This document shows positions 48,411 through 57,361 of a stretch of 64,000 bases of DNA, one piece after another. Made by a program: the position numbers and the translations under genes. The stretch covers positions 27,973-91,972 of the forward strand of contig JBEKDT010000019.1 of assembly GCA_050014195.1 (NCBI GenBank), read 5' to 3'. Source of the DNA: Desulfomonilia bacterium. Its GTDB lineage: Bacteria > Desulfobacterota > Desulfomonilia > UBA1062. Under the pieces are notes generated by a model. That model ran no database searches and was not told the origin of the DNA. It saw only the letters and a list, made by a program, of their open reading frames with translations. How positions within the stretch are numbered: position 1 is the stretch's first letter; every line of letters starts with the position of its first letter.

Positions 48411-48677
48411 TTACGAGGGCCTTAGCAGATCCGAAATCACTTTTCCATTCTTATCCCGAGGGATCTCTGAGACGAACTTTATCTTTCTGGGAGTGTTATA
48501 AGAAACAAGCTTTTTGCAAGCATACTTTTTAACATCATCTCCGATGATGTATGGATCGTCACTGACTACATATGCCTTTATGACCGCGCCCCTCATGAGG
48601 TCAGGCTCACCGATTATGGTGGAATCATGTATACCATCCCTGGAATTGAGGACTTTTACAACCTCGCGGGAATTCAT
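48411..48677 (-). pseudogene. stand-alone AMP-binding enzyme C-terminal domain (probable fragment)
   Basis: IIGEPD.MRG.VIKAYVV...L.SY..PRKI.FV.EIPR...GKV. Confidence 0.65.
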
Positions 48678-48824
48678 GTGAGATCACTTGTATTATGAAA
48701 GGTATCCTTTATATATAAAGCTTATTTCATATCTATTAGGTGTATAAGTAGTGACTTCGCGAGCCTGTTGAACGCATTGAGAACGCCACGCTATCTTAAA
48801 GAACATAAGTATTGAAAAGGAGAT

Positions 48825-49079
48825 ATGATTATGGATAAAAAGATGATCGATTGGAAAAGCGTGGTAATAGGCATCTTACTCGGGGCCGGTGTCATATTGA
48901 TAGCAGCACAAAGTCAGAATGCGCGCGATCCGAGCCCTCAATGGCAAATCGCTGCCGGTAATTCGACATGGGTTATTAACACAGGGACGGGAGATATCTG
49001 GCAATTGATCGGACAGGGAGGTTCAACCGAAGCTTCATCCCAATATATATTACGATATGCAGGTAAGCCTTCGAAATAA
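48825..49079 (+). CDS. small hypothetical exported protein
   Basis: AAGGAG RBS; IDWKS plus hydrophobic segment; INTGTGDIW. Confidence 0.6.
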   Translation: MIMDKKMIDWKSVVIGILLGAGVILIAAQSQNARDPSPQWQIAAGNSTWVINTGTGDIWQLIGQGGSTEASSQYILRYAGKPSK

Positions 49080-49260
49080 GTAAAAAGGATCAATCACGCC
49101 CTGAAAATACGTTGCAGTCTGCCTGCCCACGGTTGTCCAGGTTCGTTCTGTTATCTACGGGTTCAATCTTGGATTCCCGGGCTGCTGAACAAGCCTTGGA
49201 TTTTTGTCTTCGTTCACAAGCCCTTGCTTTTTACGGATATGATAAAGAATGGAGGACGAT

Positions 49261-49584
49261 ATGGCCAAACTAATTAAACTTAAAGTTGATGAAGCAGATA
49301 TATGGATTGAGGCAGATGAAGATGTATTTGAGAAAGGTGTCCGGAAGGTGAGTGCAAGTGATTCCATGTAAAAGGCTACTATATCATTCCAAGAGATCTC
49401 TAATACAATCAAGGCATATTGCACCTCTTTTGTAAAAGCTATAAAAGGCTTTGACAATGAGTTGACTCCCAATGCTCTAAAAGCGGAATTTGGACTGAGA
49501 CTGAGTGGTGGAGGTAATGTCTATGTTGTGAAGACCGCTACAGAGGCAAGCTTAAAGATTACCGCCGAGTGGATAGTGAAATAA
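49261..49584 (+). pseudogene. trypsin-co-occurring domain (Trypco1/CU044_2847-like) gene with internal stop
   Basis: GGAGG RBS; reads ...DSM*KAT...PNALKAEFGLRL...KTATEASLKITAEW; TAA at 49369-49371. Confidence 0.7.
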
Positions 49585-49694
49585 ATGGCATTCTATTGAT
49601 TTGTATTAGCTACAACTTGATCTTACAAATCGAGAACCAATACTAAAACAGGATCTGACAGTGAACCCTTTTGCATATTCACAAAAAGTAGAAA

Positions 49695-49806
49695 GAACGT
49701 GCCACAAGTCACAATCAGAGCTGGCCTAATCTTTTCATAGATTATATTTCAAGATCATCGGTTTTTAGACTCTTAGAAACCATCGATAATATCGCAGGAA
49801 TCAACA
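49695..49806 (-). repeat. cassette-boundary repeat, copy E3 (long class)
   Basis: GTGCCA to ATCAAC distance 106 bp as in E2; shared tgg.ct, catag, agatc, atcgcag..atcaaca. Confidence 0.85.
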
Positions 49807-49831
49807 TTCTTGAGTTTACTTAAGATGAAAT

Positions 49832-49863
49832 AAAAAGCAGGGCCTGAGATTGACCCTGCCTTT
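49832..49863 (-). terminator. intrinsic terminator after PEP-CTERM gene
   Basis: GCAGGG..CCCTGC stem with T-run on the minus strand. Confidence 0.65.
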
Positions 49864-49884
49864 ATATTCTAATAAACTGAATCG

Positions 49885-50553
49885 TTATTTCTTCAGCTTC
49901 TTCCTGAACCCAGTAAGTCCGAGCAGGCCTGATCCGAGGAGCAGTAAAGTGGCGGGTTCGGGAACCGGCGCGGATGAAGTGGCAGAACCGGTTGTAAACT
50001 TTGTTATATCCATGCCATAGCCTTGTTCGGCAAAGGTAAGGCTCGTGATCGGCGTGTCCGAAGTAAAGCCGACGAATTCGGTAGTATTGAACGTCGGTAT
50101 AGCAAGGTTGTAAATGACGCCGTTGAGAGTCACCGTGATTGCCCCCTCTGCATCATCACCGGGACTATAGTAAAAACCTATCCCTGTTACGCCCGCCAAT
50201 GTTGCGGTCACGTAGGATAGATCAGCATTAGGCTGACCAGCTGTAGTTGACTGGCCGGAGAAGAATGCTACTCCGCCCAAGGTATTGGCATAGTAATTGG
50301 CGCCGATGAGGAACGGAATGTTGTTGGTGTTGGCTAAGGTATCAAATGTGACGCCTCCAACGGTGGTAGGGCCGATTGAATAGTTGTTGGGGGGGAGTGG
50401 TAGGACGATGCTATTGAAGTCGTACGTGGTCGGGCCCGAGACAGCGGCGTTGAAGGCTGCCATATTGGTATATTCGATGACGGAGGCGGAAACCGGTGCA
50501 GCGAAGCAGGCAAAAGCTAGAGCGGCAAATGCAAGACAATACTTTATTCTCAT
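49885..50553 (-). CDS. PEP-CTERM sorting domain protein
   Basis: signal peptide; VPEPATLLLLGSGLLGL..FRKKLKK; GAGGAG RBS. Confidence 0.96.
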   Translation of the reverse strand: MRIKYCLAFAALAFACFAAPVSASVIEYTNMAAFNAAVSGPTTYDFNSIVLPLPPNNYSIGPTTVGGVTFDTLANTNNIPFLIGANYYANTLGGVAFFSGQSTTAGQPNADLSYVTATLAGVTGIGFYYSPGDDAEGAITVTLNGVIYNLAIPTFNTTEFVGFTSDTPITSLTFAEQGYGMDITKFTTGSATSSAPVPEPATLLLLGSGLLGLTGFRKKLKK

Positions 50554-50621
50554 GATTAATCTCCTCAATAATTTATTAAACTCATTACAAAACCTTCAGC
50601 AAAGAGTTCAGTTTAAAATAA

Positions 50622-50790
50622 CGCAATTTTTATGCCTACATGCAACAAGCTGAAATTATTTAAATTAATTTTATCTCCCTCTGAAGGGTGTAAATTATTT
50701 CGACAGATCAATTTGATGTATATTCTTTATATGATAGATTTTATTGATAATTATATTAAAGCTCAGCTGTAAATTATTTCGACAGATCAA
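50622..50790 (-). promoter_or_regulatory. sigma54 promoter with two enhancer (TGT-N11-ACA) boxes
   Basis: AGGCAT-N5-TTGC at 50622-50637; 23-bp direct repeat TGTAAATTATTTCGACAGATCAA at 50689 and 50768. Confidence 0.8.
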
Positions 50791-50864
50791 CTTGAATTTA
50801 CATCTTAATATTAATATACTCTTAATATCTAATTGAATTTATTAATTTATATTATGACCTAACA

Positions 50865-50950
50865 AATGAACTACCCCGCCGCAAGCAGCGGGGTATCAAA
50901 AGCTTCTATAAGGAATAGACCTTTCGCAGCAAGCTGCGGGGAATTAACCC
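50865..50950 (+). repeat. small palindromic repeat element (CCCCGC.GCAAGC.GCGGGG family)
   Basis: two hairpins; inverted homolog at 52731-52930. Confidence 0.75.
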
Positions 50951-51003
50951 GGATGAGATTAAAAATATCAACAGCTCAATTTAATTATGTAACACCAGTG
51001 AAC

Positions 51004-51066
51004 TGTTGATCACGTGCCAAACACAACGGGGTAGCCATACTGAATATTTGAAATCATAATCTTCAC
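51004..51066 (-). repeat. cassette-boundary repeat, copy B2 (short class)
   Basis: 41/59 identity to 6911-6969; TGAAGAT-N11-ATATTCA core. Confidence 0.85.
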
Positions 51067-51159
51067 TGTTTGACTTCCTCATCCCGCTTATTATCATATC
51101 GAACATTGCTTTGAATTCCATCTCGAAACATGCTTCCCATATAAAGGCTTCATATCATG

Positions 51160-52218
51160 TTATACGCTGAAATACCTCTTCTTGAGATAGAGCGAGAGGT
51201 TCACCATCATGATGAGCACGGGCACTTCAACGAGCGGGCCGATGACCGTGGCGAATGCCACCTGGGACTGGATGCCGAACACGGCCACTGCCACGGCGAT
51301 GGCCAGCTCGAAGTCATTGGATGAACCGGTCAGGCCGACTGTTGCACATTGCGGGTAATTGCCCCCGAGCTTTTTACCCAGGAAGAAGGTCACCAGGAAC
51401 ATGAAGACAAAATAGAACAGCAGCGGGATGGCGATGCGCACCACATCCAGCGGGATCTCCACGATATACCTGCCCTTGAGCGAGAACATGACCACAATGG
51501 TAAAGAGCAATGCTACAAGAGTTATGGGGCTGATCCTGGGGATGAATCGCTCGTGATACCAGGTCTTGTCCTTGACCCGGATCAGGATATAGCGGGTGAA
51601 CATCCCCCCGAAAAAGGGTATCCCCAGGTAGATAAACACACTTTTCGCGATCTCGCTGATGGTTACCTCTACGATCTGACCCGACAGCCCGAAGAGCGGC
51701 GGCAGGACCGTGATGAAGATCCATGCATAGACCGAGTAGAAGAGCACTTGGAACACGGCGTTCAAGGCCACCAGGCCTGCGGCGTATTCCGGGTCGCCCT
51801 CTGCCAGGTCGTTCCACACGAGCACCATGGCGATGCAGCGGGCAAGACCCGTGAGGATCACACCCACCATGTAGCCGGGATAGTTATGCAGGAAGATAAT
51901 GGCAAGAAAGAACATGACAACAGGCCCCACAATCCAGTTTTGGATAAGGCTTAAAGACAGGACCCGGTAGTTCCTGAAGACCTTGTTAAACTCCTCGTAG
52001 CGAACCTTGGCCAGGGGCGGGTACATCATGAGGATGAGCCCGATGGCTATGGGGATGTTGGTTGTGCCCACACTGAAATGATCCCAGAACCCTGCAACCC
52101 CAGGCACGAAATATCCCAGCAGGACCCCAAAGGCCATTGCCAGGAAGATCCAGAGGGTGAGATACCGGTCAAGGAAAGAAAGCCGCTTCATGATACCCGG
52201 ATTCGATGAACTACTCAT
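51160..52218 (-). CDS. acr3: arsenite efflux transporter Acr3
   Basis: [45 protein letters not shown]. Confidence 0.97.
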   Translation of the reverse strand: MSSSSNPGIMKRLSFLDRYLTLWIFLAMAFGVLLGYFVPGVAGFWDHFSVGTTNIPIAIGLILMMYPPLAKVRYEEFNKVFRNYRVLSLSLIQNWIVGPVVMFFLAIIFLHNYPGYMVGVILTGLARCIAMVLVWNDLAEGDPEYAAGLVALNAVFQVLFYSVYAWIFITVLPPLFGLSGQIVEVTISEIAKSVFIYLGIPFFGGMFTRYILIRVKDKTWYHERFIPRISPITLVALLFTIVVMFSLKGRYIVEIPLDVVRIAIPLLFYFVFMFLVTFFLGKKLGGNYPQCATVGLTGSSNDFELAIAVAVAVFGIQSQVAFATVIGPLVEVPVLIMMVNLSLYLKKRYFSV

Positions 52219-52258
52219 AAGAAACCTCCTGCATATGTCTTAGGAAAATGTCTGTTGT

Positions 52259-52600
52259 TTACTTCCTGACGCAGGATGCTACCCTCATGTGCTCGTCAGC
52301 GATGGTGCAAATTGCCTGGTCAACACAGGAAAGCATGGAGATCAGGCATGGCATCTTGTTGGAATAATAGACATTCAGGCCTTCCTTCCTCGTCGCTACC
52401 AGTCCTGCCGTTCTGAGCACCGCAAGGTGGCGGGAGGTGTTGGCGTCTTTCTCTTCAACGATCTGAACAATCTCGCCTACGGTTTTTTCTCCATTCGCAA
52501 GGGCCTCGAAGATCCTTACCCTCACCGGGTGTGCAAGCGCCTTGAGTATATTCGCCTTGTTTATGGCGGCATCCGATTTTTTTTCTTGCACCCTTTTCAT
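52259..52600 (-). CDS. ArsR/SmtB family regulator
   Basis: KALAHPVR, SRHLAVLR.AGLV, RKEG..VYY. Confidence 0.92.
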   Translation of the reverse strand: MKRVQEKKSDAAINKANILKALAHPVRVRIFEALANGEKTVGEIVQIVEEKDANTSRHLAVLRTAGLVATRKEGLNVYYSNKMPCLISMLSCVDQAICTIADEHMRVASCVRK

Positions 52601-52623
52601 AGTCAGCCGTCTCCATTCTAGTC

Positions 52624-52655
52624 ATTACTAAATTACTAGATAGTAAAATAGTAAT
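52624..52655. promoter_or_regulatory. ArsR-type operator (15-2-15 inverted repeat)
   Basis: ATTACTAAATTACTA-GA-TAGTAAAATAGTAAT, 13/15 symmetric. Confidence 0.75.
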
Positions 52656-52730
52656 AATTATTTACCAAGCCCATGTCGAGTTTGCAACATTTTTATCCTG
52701 CCTGATCAACAATCACTTTTTCTATCAAAT

Positions 52731-52930
52731 GATTCCTCACAGCTTGCTGCGGGGTTTCCTTATAATCCTCTCCCCTGGTGGGAGTGACTCGGGACATCCA
52801 TGTCCCTCACCCTGAAGGGTGAACGTAAAGTACATCCAATTCGTCTGTCCTGACGAATTGTGGATTAAGGAGAGGGGGAAAAGAAAAATTTCCTATGATA
52901 CCGCGCAGCTTGCTTCGCGGAGCTTCATTT
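52731..52930 (-). repeat. nested palindromic repeat elements
   Basis: inverted copy of 50865-50950 interrupted by a CCTCTCCCC..GGAGAGGGG hairpin, itself interrupted by a GGGACATCCATGTCCC element. Confidence 0.7.
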
Positions 52931-52952
52931 GTCTGCAGTCCGATATAAAATC

Positions 52953-53741
52953 CTAATCCGTTCGGCCAGGGATTTTATAGGGTATGATCATGGGCACTTT
53001 TGCCTGATATTCGCGGAACTGATCGCCGAACTCACGGACAAGGTCGCGCTCTTCCAGGACCGTCCCTGTAATGATCCAGGTTGTCCACATGAGGTTGAAG
53101 AGCAGTCTGTCGACAGTGAGTACGGGGCAGGACCAGATCATGATCAGCGAGAAGAAGTAGAGCGGGTGGCGCACCCATTTATATGCACCGCTTACTGTTA
53201 AGGGCATGGTCTTTGTTTCCCTGTTCTGGATAAGACGTTGTATTTTTTTAACCCCGAAAGGATCAAAGGGTCCCAATGATTTCACCCCCCAGTGGAACCC
53301 TGCGAAGCACAGGAAAAACAGGGCCCGGAGCATCCAGTAAAACACCCCGCCTGCTGCTGCTATCGGGCCGGGTATTTTCTGCCACAACAGCATCGTAACA
53401 ATCAGGGCGATCCCGGATGAGACGGCATAGAACGCATTGTAGTAATCATCGGGGACGAGATTTGCCAGTCCCATCCGGACACCCTTTCTCACCATGATGC
53501 TGTGCTGGGTGAAGAAGAACAGGGACAGGCATGCATCCATCAGCAATGCCTGCCGGGTTTTTAGCCCGAGATCGATCAAGGTGAACGATCCCAGGAAGAG
53601 GAACAGGGAAAACAGGATCATTGAACCATGGCCGATAGTCAAGGTTGCATAGATCAGCATATAAGCTTTGAACCTGCTCATTGTGACCTCATTGGCCATT
53701 GCTGCATCAGGCCTTTGCCTTTTCATTGCCTTCCCCTCCAC
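52953..53741 (-). CDS. membrane methyltransferase (isoprenylcysteine carboxyl methyltransferase/MddA-like)
   Basis: multi-TM; QHSIM, GAYKWVRHPLY, EERDL..EFG..F.EY...VPM; start may be 53726. Confidence 0.8.
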   Translation of the reverse strand: MEGKAMKRQRPDAAMANEVTMSRFKAYMLIYATLTIGHGSMILFSLFLFLGSFTLIDLGLKTRQALLMDACLSLFFFTQHSIMVRKGVRMGLANLVPDDYYNAFYAVSSGIALIVTMLLWQKIPGPIAAAGGVFYWMLRALFFLCFAGFHWGVKSLGPFDPFGVKKIQRLIQNRETKTMPLTVSGAYKWVRHPLYFFSLIMIWSCPVLTVDRLLFNLMWTTWIITGTVLEERDLVREFGDQFREYQAKVPMIIPYKIPGRTD

Positions 53742-53967
53742 AGCAGTCCTTCATGAATTCAGAGAAGTCCATCCGGCTGCAGCATGACTTGAATCCCTCG
53801 GGCATGCCTTTGCACATGCCCTTGAATTGCGACATCATGGATGCCATGTTTTTGCAGCATGAGTGCATCTGTTCCTTCATCTTCGACTTATCCTCTTCGG
53901 ACATGCCCTTGCAGCACATGTCCATCATGAGGCCGAACATCTTTTCCTTTCCTGCATTGTCCATCAT
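53707..53967 (-). CDS. small Cys/Met-rich protein
   Basis: four CC pairs, Met-rich; AGGAGG RBS. Confidence 0.7.
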   Translation of the reverse strand: MMDNAGKEKMFGLMMDMCCKGMSEEDKSKMKEQMHSCCKNMASMMSQFKGMCKGMPEGFKSCCSRMDFSEFMKDCCGGEGNEKAKA

Positions 53968-54029
53968 GATACACCTCCTTGGTTAATGGGTATTTCGTAT
54001 TGATACTTCAGATCGCCTGATGCTTTTCA

Positions 54030-54506
54030 TCATGGGGTGGTTTCCTTCTTGATATGCCTCATCATATGCTCGGGCCTGATGCGGATCATAATACTTACGG
54101 CATCAGAGATGAGTGCATTGTCCCTGTCCCTGATCTCGCCCCTGGCCACAATTATTCTCTCGTTGTTCTCAACGAGTTCCCCCACAACATATACATATTG
54201 GCCGACATATACCGGACTGTGGTACTCAACCTGGATCTTCTTTGTGAGAAAGCTTCTTTCATTGAGCAGGCCGAAGGCCACCCATGATGTTATTTCATCG
54301 AGAAGAATGCTGTGGAAGCCTCCATGCATGATCTTGCCCCACCCTGACCAGTAATCGGGGATCGAAAGGCTGGTGCTGAGCCTCGTGTCCGTTTCCTTCC
54401 TGAACCGGAGCTTGAGCCCGAGCGGATTTTCCTGGCCGCAGCAGAAGCACCATGGTGCCACTGTTTGCACGGGAAGAAAGTCTGTTTCATATTTTTGGGG
54501 GAGCAT
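54030..54506 (-). CDS. PaaI-family thioesterase
   Basis: CFCCG.ENP.GL, GW..IMHGG....LLDE. Confidence 0.88.
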   Translation of the reverse strand: MLPQKYETDFLPVQTVAPWCFCCGQENPLGLKLRFRKETDTRLSTSLSIPDYWSGWGKIMHGGFHSILLDEITSWVAFGLLNERSFLTKKIQVEYHSPVYVGQYVYVVGELVENNERIIVARGEIRDRDNALISDAVSIMIRIRPEHMMRHIKKETTP

Positions 54507-54786
54507 TTTCGTGGTTCCTTTCTTCTCTGTTCTGAGCCTGATTCGTCCAGGATTTTCTTCCCCTTGCCAGGGTAAGGACAATCACGGCAAGGCCGGCAGC
54601 CAGGAATGTGACCGGCCAGAACAGCATCGGGTCGAACCAGAGAGTTCTGGCTGCCAGCCATATTGCTCCGATAAGTACAAGCATGATTCCGAACATCACC
54701 CCGCAATAGCGGGAGCCATGCCTCATCATGGGTCCGCAGCATCCGTACATCCCATATCCTTCTCTGAGTCTCCCGGCATGCATCAT
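54487..54786 (-). CDS. small membrane protein with N-terminal CC motif
   Basis: two TM helices (FG..LVLIG..WL; FWP...LAAGL); AAGGAG RBS. Confidence 0.65.
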   Translation of the reverse strand: MMHAGRLREGYGMYGCCGPMMRHGSRYCGVMFGIMLVLIGAIWLAARTLWFDPMLFWPVTFLAAGLAVIVLTLARGRKSWTNQAQNREERNHENAPPKI

Positions 54787-54826
54787 GGTTCAACTCCTTT
54801 TCACCCATGGGTGGCGGGTAACTGAT

Positions 54827-54884
54827 ATTAGACATTTCGAAACATATCGAAATATCTAATAGTCTCTCGGCACGTGGTTGTCAA
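54827..54884 (-). promoter_or_regulatory. promoter with ArsR-type operator
   Basis: TTGACA-N17-TATTAG overlapped by ATTAGAcATTTCGA-N6-TCGAAATaTCTAAT; related box at 55317-55340. Confidence 0.8.
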
Positions 54885-54953
54885 TACTTTTTGTGAAATA
54901 ATTTTAGTGCAGGGCTATATCGGCGTTAACTCTGTTAAGAGGCCTGATCCCGG

Positions 54954-55286
54954 TCAGGGTTTGTCCCCGCCGGTGAGATATCGGACCATCGAACTGATGG
55001 TCTCTTCGTTGGCTGTTCAGAGGATCGACTGTCCCTGCCGCTCGCAGCGGATCAGGTGCGCACGCCTGAGCTCCTTGACGTGGTGGGAGATCGTTGAGGG
55101 GACAATGTTCACGGCGTCTGCAACTTCGCACACAGCCAGACGGTTGTCACCATCGAGCCTGCCCTTGCCGCAGCCCTTCCTTATCTGCTCGAAGATGATC
55201 AGACGGTTCTTGTTGGAAAGTGCCTTGAATGCCTCTACAAGAAGCTCCTTGTCAAACTGTTTGTCTGTAGACTTTGCCCTTGGCAT
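54954..55286 (-). CDS. ArsR/SmtB family regulator, probable selenocysteine at codon 90
   Basis: FKALSN.NRL.I, STISHHVKEL; in-frame TGA at 55017-55019 followed by 20 codons and a SECIS-like hairpin (54984-55002). Confidence 0.75.
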
Positions 55287-55495
55287 TTCATCTCCTCAAT
55301 GGTGCGGATCGGGTGCACATTTCGATTGTCATCGATATATCGATTGACTAGCCCCTTTCTTTGTTTATGTCAAGGCACCCATGTAATTGTGCGGACATGT
55401 CCAGGTGATTAAGATGAAATTTTTAAATACCCCTTGACGAGACGGTGGATAAGATTATTAAATAGGATATAATAGATCCTGTTGAGGAATATGGT

Positions 55496-55903
55496 ATGAT
55501 GGAGCTGACAAGGAAGGCCGAATACGCTATCCGGGGCATGCTCTATCTTGCCAGGCAGACGGAAGGGCAGATAGCCATGCTTGGAGATATCGCCGATGCC
55601 ATGGATATGCCGCGGACATTTCTGGCCAAGATCTTCCAGGATCTGGTGAAAACAGGACTAATAAAGTCCATAAGAGGGACCGGCGGAGGATTTGTCCTGG
55701 CAAGGCAGCCCGAGCAGATTACCCTTCGTGAGATCGTCGAGGCCATCGAAGGGCCCATCATGCCCAACACATGCCTCATGGGAGAAGGGGTGTGCTCCTT
55801 TCAGAAAACCTGCACGGTTCATCCCGTGTGGAGGAGGCTCCAGTCAGTAACAAGGGGCATCCTGGAAGAGGTCACTTTGAAAACCCTGACTGCTGGCGGC
55901 TAG
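55496..55903 (+). CDS. Rrf2 family regulator (three-Cys Fe-S type)
   Basis: EYAIR, FLAKI.Q.L, S.RG.GGGF.L, Cx5Cx5C. Confidence 0.93.
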   Translation: MMELTRKAEYAIRGMLYLARQTEGQIAMLGDIADAMDMPRTFLAKIFQDLVKTGLIKSIRGTGGGFVLARQPEQITLREIVEAIEGPIMPNTCLMGEGVCSFQKTCTVHPVWRRLQSVTRGILEEVTLKTLTAGG

Positions 55904-55986
55904 ATTTTAAGAAAACAAGAATTATCAGGTACAAGGGGAGATTCAAAAGCGGACATTGTCCGTAATATACTTATCAGGAGGTCTGC

Positions 55987-57360
55987 ATGGATGTCTTATT
56001 CTTGAGCAGGCTGCAGTTCGCCATTACGAGCATGTTCCATTTCATCTTCGTGCCTTTGACCCTGGGGCTTTCCGTGCTCGTTGCGTGGATGGAATGGCGG
56101 TTTGTAAAGTCCGGTGATGAGACATGGCTGAGGATGGCAAGGTTCTGGGGCAAGCTCTTCCTGATCAATTTCGCCCTGGGCATTGTCACGGGCATCACCC
56201 TGGAGTTCCAGTTCGGCATGAACTGGGCGGAATACTCCAAGTATGTGGGGGACATCTTCGGGGCCCCCCTGGCCGTGGAGGCAACGCTGGCATTCTTTCT
56301 TGAATCGGTGTTCATCGGGGTGTGGGTCTTCGGCTGGGACAAGGTGTCACAAAAGACACATGCCTGGGCCATCACCATCGTGGCCTTTGCCACCAACCTC
56401 TCGGCCCTGTGGATACTCCTTGCCAACGGATGGATGCAGAACCCCGTCGGTGCGAAGCTGACAGAGATCACCGGCAACCCACTCATCACGAAACGGGCCG
56501 AGATGGCCGACTTCCTGGCCGTGGTGGCAAACCCCTATGGCTGGATCAAATTCTTCCACACGCTCCTGTCCGGCTACGCACTGGCCGCCTTCTTCGTAAC
56601 AGGGGTTGCGGCGTGGCATCTGCTCAGGAAGAACGAGGTGGAGCTCTTCAAACGGTCATTCAAAACCGCTGCGGTCTTCGGGCTTGTTTCGGGGCTGCTG
56701 GTCACGGCTACCGGGGACTTCCATGCCGTCGAGATCGCCAAGGTGCAGCCTGCCAAGCTCGCCGCCCTGGAGGCCGTCTGGGAGACGCAGAAAGGGGCGC
56801 CTCTGAGCCTGATCACCGTGCCGGACAGCGCCAATGAAAGGAATGCCCTCGAACTCATCACCATCCCCAAGCTGACGAGCCTGCTGGCATACCGCAACCC
56901 CGACGCCGAGGTCAAAGGCCTCAAGGATATACCGAAAGACCTGAGGCCGCCGGTGGCGCTCACGTTCTACAGCTTCCGCCTCATGGTTGTCCTGGGCATG
57001 GTGATGATCCTGCTCTCCGTCATGGCGGTCTACCTCTCGGCAAAGGACAAGCTGGAATCCTCACCGGTTTTTCTGAAGATCATGCTTTATGCCATAGCCC
57101 TGCCGTATATCGGCGTGCAGCTGGGCTGGATCGTGGCCGAGGTGGGCAGACAGCCCTGGATCGTCTACGGCATGCTCAAGACCTCGGATGCGGTATCCCG
57201 CTCCATCACGGTCTCTCAGGTCCTCATGTCCCTCATTGCCTTCACCGTCGTCTATGGGCTCCTTGGTATCGTTGATGTGTATCTTCTCGTGAAATACGCG
57301 AAACAGGGTCCGGAAAAGGGCCTTGAAGGGGTTGTGATGACCCGGGCACAGGAGGTGTGA
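55987..57360 (+). CDS. cydA: cytochrome bd ubiquinol oxidase subunit I
   Basis: RLQFA...FHFIF, EFQFG.NW, QP.KLAA.E, EVGRQPW. Confidence 0.98.
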   Translation: MDVLFLSRLQFAITSMFHFIFVPLTLGLSVLVAWMEWRFVKSGDETWLRMARFWGKLFLINFALGIVTGITLEFQFGMNWAEYSKYVGDIFGAPLAVEATLAFFLESVFIGVWVFGWDKVSQKTHAWAITIVAFATNLSALWILLANGWMQNPVGAKLTEITGNPLITKRAEMADFLAVVANPYGWIKFFHTLLSGYALAAFFVTGVAAWHLLRKNEVELFKRSFKTAAVFGLVSGLLVTATGDFHAVEIAKVQPAKLAALEAVWETQKGAPLSLITVPDSANERNALELITIPKLTSLLAYRNPDAEVKGLKDIPKDLRPPVALTFYSFRLMVVLGMVMILLSVMAVYLSAKDKLESSPVFLKIMLYAIALPYIGVQLGWIVAEVGRQPWIVYGMLKTSDAVSRSITVSQVLMSLIAFTVVYGLLGIVDVYLLVKYAKQGPEKGLEGVVMTRAQEV

Positions 57361-57361
57361 C

